64,000 nt of DNA from Lama glama (taxonomy: Eukaryota). The position numbers were made by a program, and so were the translations under genes. Each line of letters starts with the position of its first letter. Positions within the stretch are counted from its first letter, which is position 1. Below, piece by piece: positions 40,580 to 53,748 of this stretch. The notes beneath the pieces were generated by a model, which saw nothing but the letters and a program-made list of their open reading frames with translations, was not told the DNA's origin and did no database searches. The stretch is from the NCBI GenBank assembly GCA_028534125.1, contig CM052816.1:18664001-18728000 (forward strand). Direction: 5' to 3'.

Positions 40580-41095
40580 TGTGGTAGGTCAACTTCTAAG
40601 ATGGCCCCAATGATCCTGTCTCCCGTTATTTATGTTCTCGTATAAACTTTTACCCTTGAGTGGGAGCTGGACCTAGTGATGGGGTGTCTTTTCTGTAATT
40701 AGGTTGTAAAAGATTGTGCTTTCATTTTGTTAGCTCTCTATTGGCCACTTGGGTGAAGCCAGCTGCTGTACTGGAGAGACCCAAGGAACAAGAACTGAGA
40801 GCAGCCTCAAGCAAGAGGTGAACAAACATCTTCAGTACAACAACCCCTGAGGAACTGAATCCTGCCCAAACCATGTCGGCTTCAAGACAGATCCTTCCCA
40901 CAACCGAGTCTTTGGATGGGAGCACACAAGCCTTTGCTGACACTTGATTGTAACCTTGTGAGAGACCTGGAAGTAGAAGACCCAGCTAAGCCATGCCTGG
41001 ATTCCTGACAGACAGAAACTGAGAAAATAAATGTGTTGTTTTAAGCTGCTAACTTTTGGAGTAATTTGTCACACATCAGTAAATAATTAGTACAC
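40580..41095 (+). mobile_element. MaLR LTR (MLT1F/G-like)
   Basis: tgtggtaggtc...tctaagatggccccaatgatcc...cccagctaagccatgcctggattcctgac...ataaatgtgttgttttaagctgctaacttttggagtaatttg...agtaca. Confidence 0.75.
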
Positions 41096-41869
41096 CAACC
41101 CTGTCATCTGGATGAGGTTTCAGTTTGGAATGGCACAGGGAGGAGCAGAGTGAGGGGAGGGCTGATCAGCTACCACATCATGAAAGGAAGTTCCCCTGGG
41201 GGTAATTGAAGGGATCGCCATTCATGAAACCCCATCCGGGAGCTAGAGACAGAGCAGGCTACAGAAAAAGCAGTGAGCAGAGATGAAATTCAACTTTTTT
41301 TTGAGTATTCTACCTAAAGTACCTATGGCAGGTGCTAGAGAACAAGGGGAGTGAAGTCCAGTCACCTCGCTTATAATCTGCATCCTTGAGGCTGCAGAGG
41401 GCAGGGCTCGTATTCAGAGAAGACTCTGTGAGGTCAGTGATGAGCAAGATGCCACCTAGAGAGAGACTCTGCCAGCTGATGTCCAACTTCCAAGACAAGG
41501 AGACTTTGCTCTTGAGCTAAGGTGAAACCCCACCCAAGCAGCTCTCAGCCCTGCTTACAGTGCCATCCCTGTCCTGGACAAACTATTCAATCTCTAAACT
41601 GCTAAAGAAAAAAGTATACATCTGTTTGTCTTCTGTTTTTGTTAAGGACAGAAAAATTACATTGGCTTACAAAGTCTCTGTTGGGACCCATCTCAGCTAC
41701 CAATCCTGATTATCTTTCTGAAAAGCCATCCATATGCATCAGCAGAGCAAAAAATTACCAGATATATAAAAATGCTCAGTGGTTTAAATGGAACATTCAG
41801 AGCAAATCATCCTGAGTGTAAAAGCACTTAATAACAGAGTTCTTCTCCCTCATGTTTCCTGTGTGTATT

Positions 41870-43030
41870 TTTTTTTATAATTCTTATTCTCACAGAAGGC
41901 TGTTAGGGAAAGGAAACAATATGCAACAATTCTTAAAAATAGAAAATATAATTGCACACCTGGAAAAAAGCCCAGTAGCACTGAGCACAGCTAGCTTCCA
42001 TCTTGCTTTCTAATTCCACTTCCCAGTAAAAGGAATCAGTACTCTTTGGAGAAATGGCTGATCCTAGGACTGGAGAAGCAAATAGACAAGATGAGCCTGG
42101 AAAATCTTATAGAACCAGAAAGTAATACAGCACTCAAAATACAAAAACAAAAAAAGGCCGCATTGATGGGGTCAAAAGGGACACAGAAGACAATTAAAAC
42201 AGCTCCCAAGTGGCCAAAGCTGGAAGAATTTGAGCAACAAAATAAATAAAACAATATTGGATTATAACCCAAAGTGTAAAGTAAATATTCACGAGTCCAT
42301 ACTGAGATATATAAATAAGGAGACAAACCTCCCATGCAGAAGAATCCAAATAACTTATGCAGATACTCAGCTTCAAGGAAACGGAACATAACTCCCCACT
42401 CCTTAAGAGTGGGCAATGTACGGTGACTCCCTTCCAAACAGCACAGTATGGAAAGAGGGAAAAAGAGTAATCCTACAGTAAGAAACCTGACAAACGCTAC
42501 CGCAGCCAGATGGTCAAGTCAGCATCAACAGGGCTAAGTCACACTGATGCATGTATCATAGATACAATGTGATGAAAATAACACTTTACTTCCGTGGTCT
42601 TCCTCCCAAAACACACCACCTCAGTGTAATCATGAAAAAAACATAAGACAAATCTCAGTTTGAGGGACATTCTACAAAATACCTGACAAGTACTCCTCAA
42701 AACTGTCAAGGTCATCAAAAACAAGAAAAGTGAGGACTGTCATAGCCAAGAAGAGCCTAAAGAGACATGACTAAACATAATGAGGTGTCCTGGATGAGAT
42801 CCTGGAACAGAAAGAGGACATTAAGTGAAAACTAAGAAAATCTGAATAAGGTATAGATTTTCGTTAATACTAATGTATCAATGCTGGTTCATCAGTTGTA
42901 ACAAATATACCATGTGTAACAAATGTAAGATGTTAATAGCTGGGGAAATTAGATGTGGGGTATATGAGAACTTTCTGCGCTATATTCATGATTGTTTTGT
43001 AAATCTTAAATTGTTCTAAAATAAATACTT
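41870..43030 (+). mobile_element. LINE-1 3' UTR (L1MC-like)
   Basis: ttgagggacattctacaaaatacctgac, aaaactgtcaaggtcatcaaaaacaag, ending in ttgtaaatcttaaattgttctaaaataaa. Confidence 0.75.
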
Positions 43031-44675
43031 CATTAACGATCAACAAAGATGGAAAGAAACAGGTAAAGTATGGGGGAAAGTAGCCTGAACCAAAAAACTG
43101 ATTTAGGGTCTCGCAGTAGGTGTCAGATTTTGGAGAAAGAGAAATTGGATGGTTGTATCCAAGGTAGAAGAAATTTAATAGCAATTAAAGTTTTGGTGGA
43201 ATTTTTAATCATTTTTTACAAAAATGGTGCAAGACGGACTTCATGAGCTTATTACATACTTTTTGGAGTGCACATTGAAAATTTTAAATTAAAATGTCCA
43301 TTGGTGGGGGAAATAAAAGCCCTCAATAGACACAGTTAAACAACAGACTGGATTCTGGAGATAAATGAATTGGGACTTAAAGGGGCCAATCCAAAAGTTC
43401 CTCCAGAAATCAGAAGCAAAAACAATGATAAGAAATTTAAGGGAAAAACAGAAGCATGAAGGAAAAAAAAAGGTTAGGACATTTCAACATATGTACAATA
43501 GGAATTTTAAGAGAAGAAAAAACAAAGGTTAGAGATCAAAAAAAAACAACAGAAAAGATTTTAACTGGAAGAAAGATTATGATCTTACGATCAAATGAGC
43601 TATGTGCTAGTCAGGAATAAAAAAAAATACCCACATTAGACAAATTCTGGTGAAATTTCTGAGTTTCAAGGATGAAGATCATGCAGATAGGAAGAAACAA
43701 AAAGGTTTCATACAAAGGAAAAAACAATAGAAACTTCATCAAGGAAGAAACTGAAACTGAAATGACAGATCATTAAGAAATTAATGAGAATGAGCAAACT
43801 ACATACCAAAATCTATGCAAGGCTCCTCAGAATGTGTTCAAAAGAGTGGTTTCTTATCTAGTAATGTGATCCTGGACAAGTTACTTAACTTCATAAAGCT
43901 TTAATGCTCCATCTTTAAATAATAATGTCAACTACTTCCAGGATGCAAATTATGTGCCAGACACTGTCCTAGGGGCTTTTGTGTGTATGAATTTATTTAT
44001 CGCCTATAACGTGGTTAACATGATTATTCCATTTTACAGATGAGGAAATAGAAGCACAAGGTCACAAAGGTATAAATGGCAGCAACTGTAGCTCGAGTCT
44101 GCACTCAGCCACTCTGCTCTAAAGACTTCTTAAGAGGCCTTATGGGATGTTACGAGTGTTCACGGAGACAAGGCAAATAAAACATGTAGCATTATGCCTG
44201 CCATACAGTGTACTCAATAATTGGAGCTACTATTTGTTTAAAAAAATAAAGCAAACATATGACTCAAGGAGCAGGAAGACAAACAATAAAATAAATTGAG
44301 TAAGGAGAAGGAATTAATAAAGGCAATAATTACTAACCTAAATTTAGCATTTTTCCTAAATTAGAACGGTAAGAAAAATCATTCACTGTATTGATAAACA
44401 GAAGTGCAACTTGACTGAAAATAATCAAATATACAAATTTCTTGTACGTTTTATCAAAGAGAAAATGTGGGTAAAACGAACAATAACACTACTTTGTTAG
44501 CACAAATCTCGGATCAATTTCTAGGAAAATGTACATTAAAAAGATCAAGATGTAAAAAACCTAAGACAGCACTAAAAAGATAAAAAACAGAAAATGCCAA
44601 AGCATTAACCTCCAAAAGTCATCAGATTCAGATTTTATGGACAAGTTCTATGAGAATATTATTCAGTAAATATTC

Positions 44676-45660
44676 TTTTTTTTTCTTCTTAAAGAAGTGG
44701 TTTATTTTCTGTCAGCCTTACCTGCATTTTCTGTTGAAGAGTCCATGATAGAACAGCTTAAGGAAACTCGATGGACGTCCCTACCCATGGCCTGCAGGGC
44801 CGGCCTCTGAGGCGGGCTGGCTCAGTCTTGAGGTGAGAACCGCTGACTAGGGCAGAAGCCATCTGCCTGCAGCCCAGTCAGACTGAGGAGCCATAAGGTC
44901 GTAAGTTCTGCAGCTGGAGCAGTCCGTTCACCCTGAAGCTCCTCCTTGGTCACAGCCTTTCAGCAGCGGCCTGCTGGTCTCCTCCGTGTCTTCAGCGTCT
45001 GCGTATAAGGAGAGCTCACGCGGGGGCTCATGGGAGATGGAGCTGCGCAGGCGCAGAACTTCCCCGGCCAGCATCCCCTATTATCAGACCCACAGAGGGA
45101 GAGCCCCGTGGCTGCTATGCAGGATGGCCTTGTTCACAGGTGCAGAGGAAATCTATGCTACACAGAACAATGGGAGGTGAGTTAACATTAGGTGACTCTA
45201 TGAGAGGCGGGTAGCTGGCCTTAGGGTCAGTAACCACCGGCAGTCACAGTTCCCAGAAGGCTGCCTGGATCTGGTCGCTGAAGTTTCCAGGAGCGGAGCA
45301 GCCAGCAATAGCACTGGCCCCAGTGGCTGGAGCAACCTTCAGCACAGCCCACCGGCTGGTATTCCTGGAGGATATGACATGACAGCAGCGGGATATGCAA
45401 AGGCAACAATGGCATGAGGTGCTAGCTGAAGCTTCTCCCGGGAGATGGTGGATGCTTTTCATTGTGTGAACATACTGTTCCACTTGAAGGTCAAGGCTGG
45501 TGTCACTAAGTGGGTTTCCACTGCAAGGGATTGGAGGACATCCCCCTCCTTCATTTCAGGACACCAAGAGCTCCAGACATTGTAAAAGTTTCCCTTAAAG
45601 TCAGGACAGGAACCCAGAACAATGCCTTCGGCCCCTCTCTCTGGGTAGCATGGAGAGGAT
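44676..45660 (-). pseudogene. RPSA: Processed pseudogene of RPSA (40S ribosomal protein SA / laminin receptor 1)
   Basis: Intronless. ATG at 45580 (MSGALGVL, then a frameshift giving TGA at codon 10). Fragments MKEGDVLQSLAVETHL and VISSRNTSRWAVLKVAPATGASAIAGCSAPGNFSDQIQAAF match RPSA. It has a 5'-UTR-like taagggaaacttttacaATG, a stop at 44758-44760, AATAAA at 44701-44706 and an A-tail remnant at 44676-44690. Confidence 0.93.
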
Positions 45661-46310
45661 AGCAGAAATTCTAACTGCTGTGTCCTAGGCACTGTTGTCA
45701 CTGGGTTTGTGAAAATAGACAGGAAAAAATCCCCTGCTTTCCATAGAGGAGTGAGGGAACACCGAAAATATTCATACTAATTAAACTCCAAAGTATAGAG
45801 AAAGGTGGAAGGCTTCTTAGCTCACTTTATGAGGATAACATAATCCCGACCAAAACCTGAAAAAGAAAGCCACAAAAAGGGAAAATTAAGAATGAAATCA
45901 CTATGGATGTAGATCATGTATGTAATGTGTTAACACAATCACGTCCCCTTCTGAAAGAGAATTTGGCCTTTCCATTAATTTTTTAGTTCTGTGTCTCTGG
46001 AAACCAGATGAAGGTAAAATATCAAGTGGGCCTGCTTGGCAGAGGGTGTCTGGACTGGGAGGAAGATAAGTGAACTACAGATTCCTCATGGAGACGCCAC
46101 AGCCTTGGGCTCCTCTGAATGCAGGGGACTTGGAAGCCCCACCTATGGACCTCTTCCAAGAGACATTTGCTTCTATGGACACAGGCCTTTAAGCCACTAC
46201 CATCCTACCCCCTCCCAATGGAAGTCTTCATTCTTCACACCTGAGCCATCTCATCTGGCGGGTTATAGGAATGGCTCCTGGGTGACTGTGAGGACCACTC
46301 CCACCAAGAG

Positions 46311-46810
46311 NNNNNNNNNNNNNNNNNNNNNNNNNNNNNNNNNNNNNNNNNNNNNNNNNNNNNNNNNNNNNNNNNNNNNNNNNNNNNNNNNNNNNNNNNN
46401 NNNNNNNNNNNNNNNNNNNNNNNNNNNNNNNNNNNNNNNNNNNNNNNNNNNNNNNNNNNNNNNNNNNNNNNNNNNNNNNNNNNNNNNNNNNNNNNNNNNN
46501 NNNNNNNNNNNNNNNNNNNNNNNNNNNNNNNNNNNNNNNNNNNNNNNNNNNNNNNNNNNNNNNNNNNNNNNNNNNNNNNNNNNNNNNNNNNNNNNNNNNN
46601 NNNNNNNNNNNNNNNNNNNNNNNNNNNNNNNNNNNNNNNNNNNNNNNNNNNNNNNNNNNNNNNNNNNNNNNNNNNNNNNNNNNNNNNNNNNNNNNNNNNN
46701 NNNNNNNNNNNNNNNNNNNNNNNNNNNNNNNNNNNNNNNNNNNNNNNNNNNNNNNNNNNNNNNNNNNNNNNNNNNNNNNNNNNNNNNNNNNNNNNNNNNN
46801 NNNNNNNNNN
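46311..46810. other. Assembly gap (500 N)
   Basis: Run of n from 46311 to 46810. Confidence 1.
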
Positions 46811-49800
46811 TAATTTGACATATATTAGTATCTATTATGTGCCAGGCACACTGTCCAAAGTTAATAAAAAATCCAGTGTTGGCAGGGGTGTCAGAAATTG
46901 GCATTCTTAAACCTGACTAATGAGATTATAATAAATTACTCTCTTCTATCACAGAACAACTTTCTGGAGGGCAGTTTGGTAGTATGTGTTGAAAATGAAA
47001 GCATTAAAAATGCTGGACCTTCAGTTCCAGATTAGAGTTTATATCATCATGTCTGGATGTGAGATCTGGACCTGAGGCTTGCAGCCACCAGGGGACACAC
47101 CCTGAGGACAAAGCCAACCAGCGGAGAGACAGAGGCACCTGAGTCTTTGTCCTCCAACCCTGAAGACCACCCTCGCCACAGATTTGCTCTGAGATGGCAA
47201 ATTTCCTCATCGTTTAAGCCAGTGTTAACTGGGGTTCCTGCCATTTGTGGCCAGAGCATCCTTGATGACACAGGGTCTGCCCAACCCTTCTAACCTCCTA
47301 GCCTTCTTCTCCGCCTCTTCCCAACAGCCACCTCTGCAGGGGTCAGGCTGCTTCCAGCCCTGCCCACACCTTGATTTCAGACCTTTGGCCTTTAGAACCA
47401 TGAGAGAATAAATTTCTGCTGCTTTAAGTCACCCAGTTTGTGGTACTTTGTTATGGCAGCCCTGGGAAACCAATGCAGCTGACATCCAGAATCTCCCTCC
47501 TCCAGCCCCAAAGCCAACTTTGATTTTCTGATTGTATTAAGTGATCTTGGAATATAGGCCATATAGTTGGGTCCCCAGAAATGGAGACTGATGTATGGTA
47601 CAGCAGATAGGAGCACCGGCCTTGGGTCAGATACGTTCAGTTCAAGTTGCCAGCTGTGACTACGGTGACTCTCAGCCTCTCTGAGCGTCAATTTCCACAT
47701 CTATAAAACGGGGCTAATATAGATGGTTGAGAGGCTTGAGTCAGATCATATACATCAAGTGCTTAATATGTTACCATGTATATAGTAAGGGTTCAATAAA
47801 TTCTAGTGCCTTCCTCAGTGTGCTTCAGAACAGAAGTCCCTATCCTTTCTTAATTAGATGGACACCAATAAACTGGCCACAGGAAAGGGGGCCCCACAGT
47901 CTCTATCAAATGTAGGAACAGGTTTTAGGTCATGATGGACTGTGAAAATTCCATTTTTAAGGATAGCTTGGATTCTTACTCACCGACAGTGAGGAGGAGG
48001 AGGAGGAGCGGAGAGGGAAGGAAGGAGAGGGTCCTAGGTCCTGGAGCTCTGGAAACTGCATAGAAGCCAATCTGCCAGCAGCAGGCCCTATGTTCTTGGG
48101 ACTCAGAATTCGCTTAGGAGGGATGCAAGGGGAGGGGTGCAGGGCACCAGCTAGAACTCACCTCCTTGGGGGAGAAGCCACTACAGGGATGGCAGCACCT
48201 CCAGTGGGGTTTGCCCATCACATTTGATTGGGAAATACTAACCTAGAAATAACTATTTGATTAAGAAATTAGTGCTTGAAGATTCTCATAACAAGTTATC
48301 TCTAGGCTGTTTACAGAAAAAGGTAGAGTGGGTTTTACTTAGAAGTTTAGTGCCTTTTTTGGGGTGTGTCATATTGTGCTGTGGCTTCCTAGAACAAATA
48401 ACACTTTTGTTTTATTCCTAGAGAAATAATCCATGACACATGGTTTTTTATCACAAAATAAAAATGTCAGACTTTATCTTTAGAGCAAAATAAATGGTTG
48501 AGTATTGTCATTTGTCATTTATTGTAAAATATGTTATCTATGCTAAATCTTGGTAAGCATCTTACTCTTCAATCTCCTTGAAATTTGAAATAGGTGAGTA
48601 ATTAATTTCTGAGCTTGGTGTATTTCCTCTGTAAGAGATTATTTGCATACTTACATTTTGATATGGAAAGAAATCCTAGAAGCTAAACGTCAAAAGTTTT
48701 AGACTTTGCGTAGATAAACATCTGCTATCTTAATTCTGTTTTGAACTGCTGAGCTACCATTTCAATACTCTTTCCTTTTTTATAACAGAGGGGGTGGGGA
48801 GATGGGAAAAAGCTGTAAAGAATACTTACCTAGTTCTCTCTTTCTCTCTATTTCATCCTTTACAGAGCTCGAGTTCCCACACCTAATGTGCCTCCCTCAA
48901 GCAGTTCAATGAGAATTGAAACAGAGGAGAGAGAGAGACTCACTTTAGATTTCTCAGGAGACTACAGAACAGGAGGATTTGTTTCATTAACTGCTGAATC
49001 ACTCAAAAACTTTCTTGGCTCAGGTTTTTAAATGTTATTCCCGCTCTTTTTTTTTTTTTTTTGGTTACTGATCCACTGGGAACATGTACGGGTCATTTCA
49101 TAAATAATATAAATTTAATAAGTTTTTACAAAATTAAATTTATTCATCATTCATTCATTGCACTGGTAACTGCTGAGCACTTAATATACAGACCGTGCTC
49201 TGGGAATACAAAGATGAACAAGAGTCAGTCATTGCATCAGCTCTCATGGAACTTATGTTCCAGTAGGAGGAACAGACGCTATGACAGAATCCTGCAGATT
49301 GCAATGATTACTAGAGTCAGAGTGGGCTTCATGGAGGAGGTGGCTTTTGAGTTGAAACCTGAAGGATGAGAATGGGCCACAAATGGAAGAGCTGAGGAAG
49401 AATATTCCAGGCAGACCTTAGCAGGAGCAAAGGGCATAGATACAGAACTCTGTAATAAAAGTGTTTGCTATAAGCTGGGAGGCCTTTGCACCTTCTTCTT
49501 AGTACCTGCAGAGGACAGGCATGGAAGTTATAGCTGCAGGAGGATCTGTGAATTTAGCAAAAAAGCTAATTTCTTTTTACCTTGTTTGCCACCAAGATAC
49601 TTCTCTTCTGCATAGTTCAGCCAAACACCAGTGATCCATCACCACTCCTAAGGAACAACATGCAACGAGAAAAGCAGTAACACCCCACACTCTCACAGCA
49701 GTGGTGAGAAATCCTATGGGTTTGTTCCCATTGGCCACTATGGCATAAAGTACCAAGTAAAAGAATCCCCATCTCTTCCCCATATGTAGAAGACATATTT

Positions 49801-50699
49801 TCTCAAAGCACACACACTTTCAAAAATGCACCCTAGAAACTAGACTTGAAACCTAACACAATCTCAGTTTATGTGCATCTTTCTCACTACTTCAGAAACT
49901 GTTTGCATTAATGATTTGACCCAACAAACATTTAGTATAGCCCACTGTTCCTCAGGCACCTGAACTCTTCTCACAGGGGAATATGTCCTGATGGAGAGGC
50001 AGACAAAAAACACACGGAGAAGCAGGAAAGCCAGAGGATTAAGGGCTGAACCCACGAGTCAGACTTCTGGGCTTGAACACAAATTTTGTTACTTTCTGGT
50101 TGTGTGGTTTTATGCAAATTACTTACCACTCTGTGCCTCAGTTTCCCCATCTATAAAATAATGAGGATAACTATAGTACTTATGTCATAGAGCTACAGTG
50201 AGACTGCTTTCTGGCTCACAGTGATTAGAACAGCCCCATCAAAGGACTGGGAAGCTAAGAGACAGACAATGTTTTAAAAAGTAAAAATTGAGGATGACAA
50301 ATTAGTACATACCTCACTTGGCAGCTGTATGGATTACATGCTCTATTCATATAAAGTGCTTAGAATTGCAATGATGTGTAGTAAGCACTCAATAAATGTT
50401 AGCTACTACCCTATCTCAAGCACAGAGTTTTTACTTAATGTTGCCCAGTGCTATGTAAGTTCCCTCAAGACATTAAGGAATCTCCAGACCAGTTTTAACA
50501 GGTGCTGTTGTTGCATTCTTGTGCTTACAGCTGAAGAGTTCCTCCTTTAGACACTTGTTCAAAGATGTATTTGTATGAGGTGGAGAATCTGGCCCCAGGC
50601 ATCAAAGACATAGTTCAGATTTGGGAGTAAGATTGAGGTTGCAAGGACGAGACTGAGCTGGCAAAAACCAAAAGCAATCCTGCACTATTTCTCATCCTC

Positions 50700-51135
50700 C
50701 CTGCCCCACTTCGTTAGAATATCGGTGACTGGCTACTATATCAGCATTTCCAATAAAGTAAGAAGGGGAAAATACAGATCTGGGCTTTCATGGAAAGTAT
50801 TTTCACTCTCACAACCAGAATCTTTGCCTTAAAAAAAAAATACGGTTTTAAGACCTCTAGCTTTTCCTATAGCATCTCGGTACCCAACTTTTTGAAAAGC
50901 ATCTTTTCTGAGGAATGATACTTCCTGTGAAAATGTAATGCAGTCTTTGTCAAGTGACTCAGTCTGAGATACATACACATATACATTTTTTTCAATGTCA
51001 GGTAGCCCAAATTTACAGAGAAAAAGTGGGCATTGGTATCAGTTTGATGTCAGGGTTTTTCCATGTTTGTTGGAGAGCTTTAAATACGACTCAATTTGAA
51101 GGCATCTGAAGACCAAGCTCCAGTCTCGAGTCAAG
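50700..51135 (+). promoter_or_regulatory. IL9 proximal promoter and 5' UTR
   Basis: TATA-like TTTAAATA at 51079-51086, NF-kB-type GGGTTTTTCC at 51053-51062, AP-1 TGACTCA at 50955-50961, GAS TTCATGGAA at 50787-50795, and TTC-N4-GAA sites at 50710-50719, 50906-50915 (contains GAGGAA) and 50922-50931. Confidence 0.8.
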
Positions 51136-51249
51136 ATGCTCCTGTCTGTGGTCCTTGCCTCGGCCCTGCTCCTCTGCTCTGTGGCCAGCCAGAGGTGTTT
51201 GACCTTGACTGGGATCAAGGATGCTGAGTACCTCATCAACAACCTGCAG
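51136..51249 (+). CDS. IL9: Interleukin-9 exon 1 (signal peptide)
   Basis: ATG at 51136; encodes MLLSVVLASALLLCSVASQRCLTLTGIKDAEYLINNLQ; donor CAG|gtaagc. Confidence 0.96.
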
Positions 51250-51365
51250 GTAAGCTGCAGAGGGGGGCGCCAGCGGGAAAGGCAGCTGTTGAAAATTTAA
51301 GTGAAACATAAGAGGGTGGAAAACACACCACTCATTATGGGTTCTTGTCTCTTTACTTACTTTAG

Positions 51366-51401
51366 AAACATCCACCTTCAAAATGCAGCTGCAGCAGCAA
51401 C
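51366..51401 (+). CDS. IL9: Interleukin-9 exon 2
   Basis: Acceptor tttag|AAA and donor AAC|gtgagt; 36 bp encoding KHPPSKCSCSSN. Confidence 0.93.
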
Positions 51402-51486
51402 GTGAGTATATGCTCTTTTAAGAACTTTCCAAACCAATTTTAATTTTCACATCTGGAATCTTCACTCTGAAACTTCTCTTTTGCAG

Positions 51487-51519
51487 GTGACTGACTGTTT
51501 GTGTCTGCCCATTCCTTCT
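51487..51519 (+). CDS. IL9: Interleukin-9 exon 3
   Basis: Acceptor ttgcag|GTG and donor TCT|gtaagt; 33 bp encoding VTDCLCLPIPS. Confidence 0.94.
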
Positions 51520-52701
51520 GTAAGTATAGTAAAAGAAAATCATCTTGATCTTGTGGGTTTTTTTTCTAAGTTTTTAGGAAAAAATTAATTGCTCTAATTG
51601 ATATTTTAAATAAGAAAGTGTGACTTAATGGCAATCGTTGCAGATTAGTATATCCTTTTAAAACCTTTGAAACCTTAAAATTCCATACTATATACATTTC
51701 TTTGTATCTGGTCTCCTTGAGAAGTTTAAACACTTTTCACCATTTAAAAAAGAATATTGAATGTATTTTTAGATTAGTGGCCATGTGCACAATTAATTCA
51801 AATTGGGGCTCATATCACATTGCTAATTCATTTGCTGGTAACTCTAGGGTTGCAAAACAATGTAAATAAAATGACCACCCTTTGTCCTTCTTTCGGCCTT
51901 AACTGTCTCTGTGCGGTGCCTTTTCCCTCCTTTCTATTTGGCTGATTTAGAGTGGCTATTGCAAGGTTTGAATGCTGTCCCCTTGTGGGGGACAGGGTGT
52001 CTGAGGCTGTGGGTGGCGGGGAAGTAAAAAGGGTTTCATGGGGGGGGGTTATTCCCAGAGGGGCAGAGGGGAAGTGTGGCAGGAGTTTCCTGGTCAAGGG
52101 GAGGAGGCAGCCCTTACCAAGGTGCTATTCTGCTTTACTCTCTTACAAGCAAGACTTGGGAGAATCTGAGCCTCTTCCCCCAGCTGAGGTCAAATGTCAC
52201 ACCCAATCACAGTCCATCCATTAGATGAGAATAGTGTATGGCGCCCTCTGAGGAGGGACCACACATTAACAGCCCAGCCTCTCCCCTTATTTATATCCCA
52301 TGATTTGAGCTACCGCTGAAACACTGGCTGTATTCAACTGGCACATCCCAACAGGCTGATGTGAAAAGGCTTTTCCTTTCTCTGTACTTTCAAACTCACT
52401 ATGACAAGACTTGGAACAGGTCCTTTGAAAAGCAGACTCAGGACTGGCTGTTTTCCGGGGTCCTCAGGCCTCATGTTCCCTGGATGGAACAAACTGGAAA
52501 TCTTCAGGGAGTGTCACTGTGGAAAAATGGCCTCACCTTGAAATATTGAAGATCATTTACTCTGCTAGCAAGGGGCCTGACTAAAAATAATGCAAGTTTA
52601 GGTTACATTGGTTAAGTTAAAACAGTCTCTAAAAACATTGTCTCTGTGATTCCTACTCAAAACTGCCCTGTTTCCTTTCCTAAATCCTTGTTATTTACCA
52701 G

Positions 52702-52833
52702 GACAACTGCACCACGGCATGCTTCCAGGAGGGTCTGACACAGATGGCCAACACAACACTGAAAACAAGATTCCCCCTGATTTTCAATAGGGTGAAGAAA
52801 ACGGTTGAAGCCCTCAAGAACAACAAGTGTGGC
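52702..52833 (+). CDS. IL9: Interleukin-9 exon 4
   Basis: Acceptor taccag|GAC and donor GGC|gtgagt; 132 bp encoding DNCTTACFQEGLTQMANTTLKTRFPLIFNRVKKTVEALKNNKCG. Confidence 0.96.
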
Positions 52834-53748
52834 GTGAGTGTTTTTACCTGTGATGTGCTCTGGTTGGTTATTTTCATGTGAATGTCAATGCCAACTCCAT
52901 CTGAATGACAAGGGACAATAAAGTTGGAACTGGTAGTTTAAGGTTGATAAGGGACATCTAAGAATTAATCAGACCAATAGAATTAAAGTGAGATCTGCCC
53001 AGGGAACTCACTGTTCCCTCTTATTTAAAAAAACACTCACCCCTATATTGGCTTTTACTTCTCTCCATCTCTTGAGTAATGAAAGAATCCATCCTCATTG
53101 TAATCAGAAGCTAAAATCTAGAAAATCAGGGCGATAGCCCATGCCATTCTAAATTATTCTAGAGATTCAATTTGCTACCTGAGTGGATGTTGTGGCCTGT
53201 AAGTTAAAGGTTTTCATTCCACTGGCTAAGGAGGTGTTTGAAGGAAGACACACTCACAGCCAGGTGGAAGCTTGTCATTTGCCCTAAATGCCTATCAGCA
53301 CTTCTTCAGTGTACACCTAGTCGCTGGAGGAAAGGGGAGCGGGGCAAACTTTTTCTCATTAATGTTGCCACAGGAGGGCCCCTCCTCACTCAGCTATTTG
53401 ATTGCAGGAGTTTCTGCCCTCAACAGCATTTGGTTCTAAGGGCTTAATACACCCTGTTTCATTGAATACCTACCTTAAAGATAATTGTCAGACTTAACCA
53501 CCCTCACTTTGTAGCAGGGGAAGCTGAGGCTCAGTAAGGTTAACTAATTTGCCAAAGGCTATATATTTAGTAAGTGGCAGTGCTGAGATTTGAACTCTGG
53601 TCTATGTGATCTCAAAGTCCTGCCCTTAGCCATTGTGTTATAAAATGACCTTGGAAAGACAATCAAAAAGGATAATAATAAAATTTAGGCCTGAAAGAAT
53701 CCCAAGAAGATTTCCTCTAATGAAGAAATTTAGAACCATTTGATAAGG

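Noticed and set aside
46036..46904. ORFs of 197-260 aa
   Set aside because: Artefacts of reading through the N gap.
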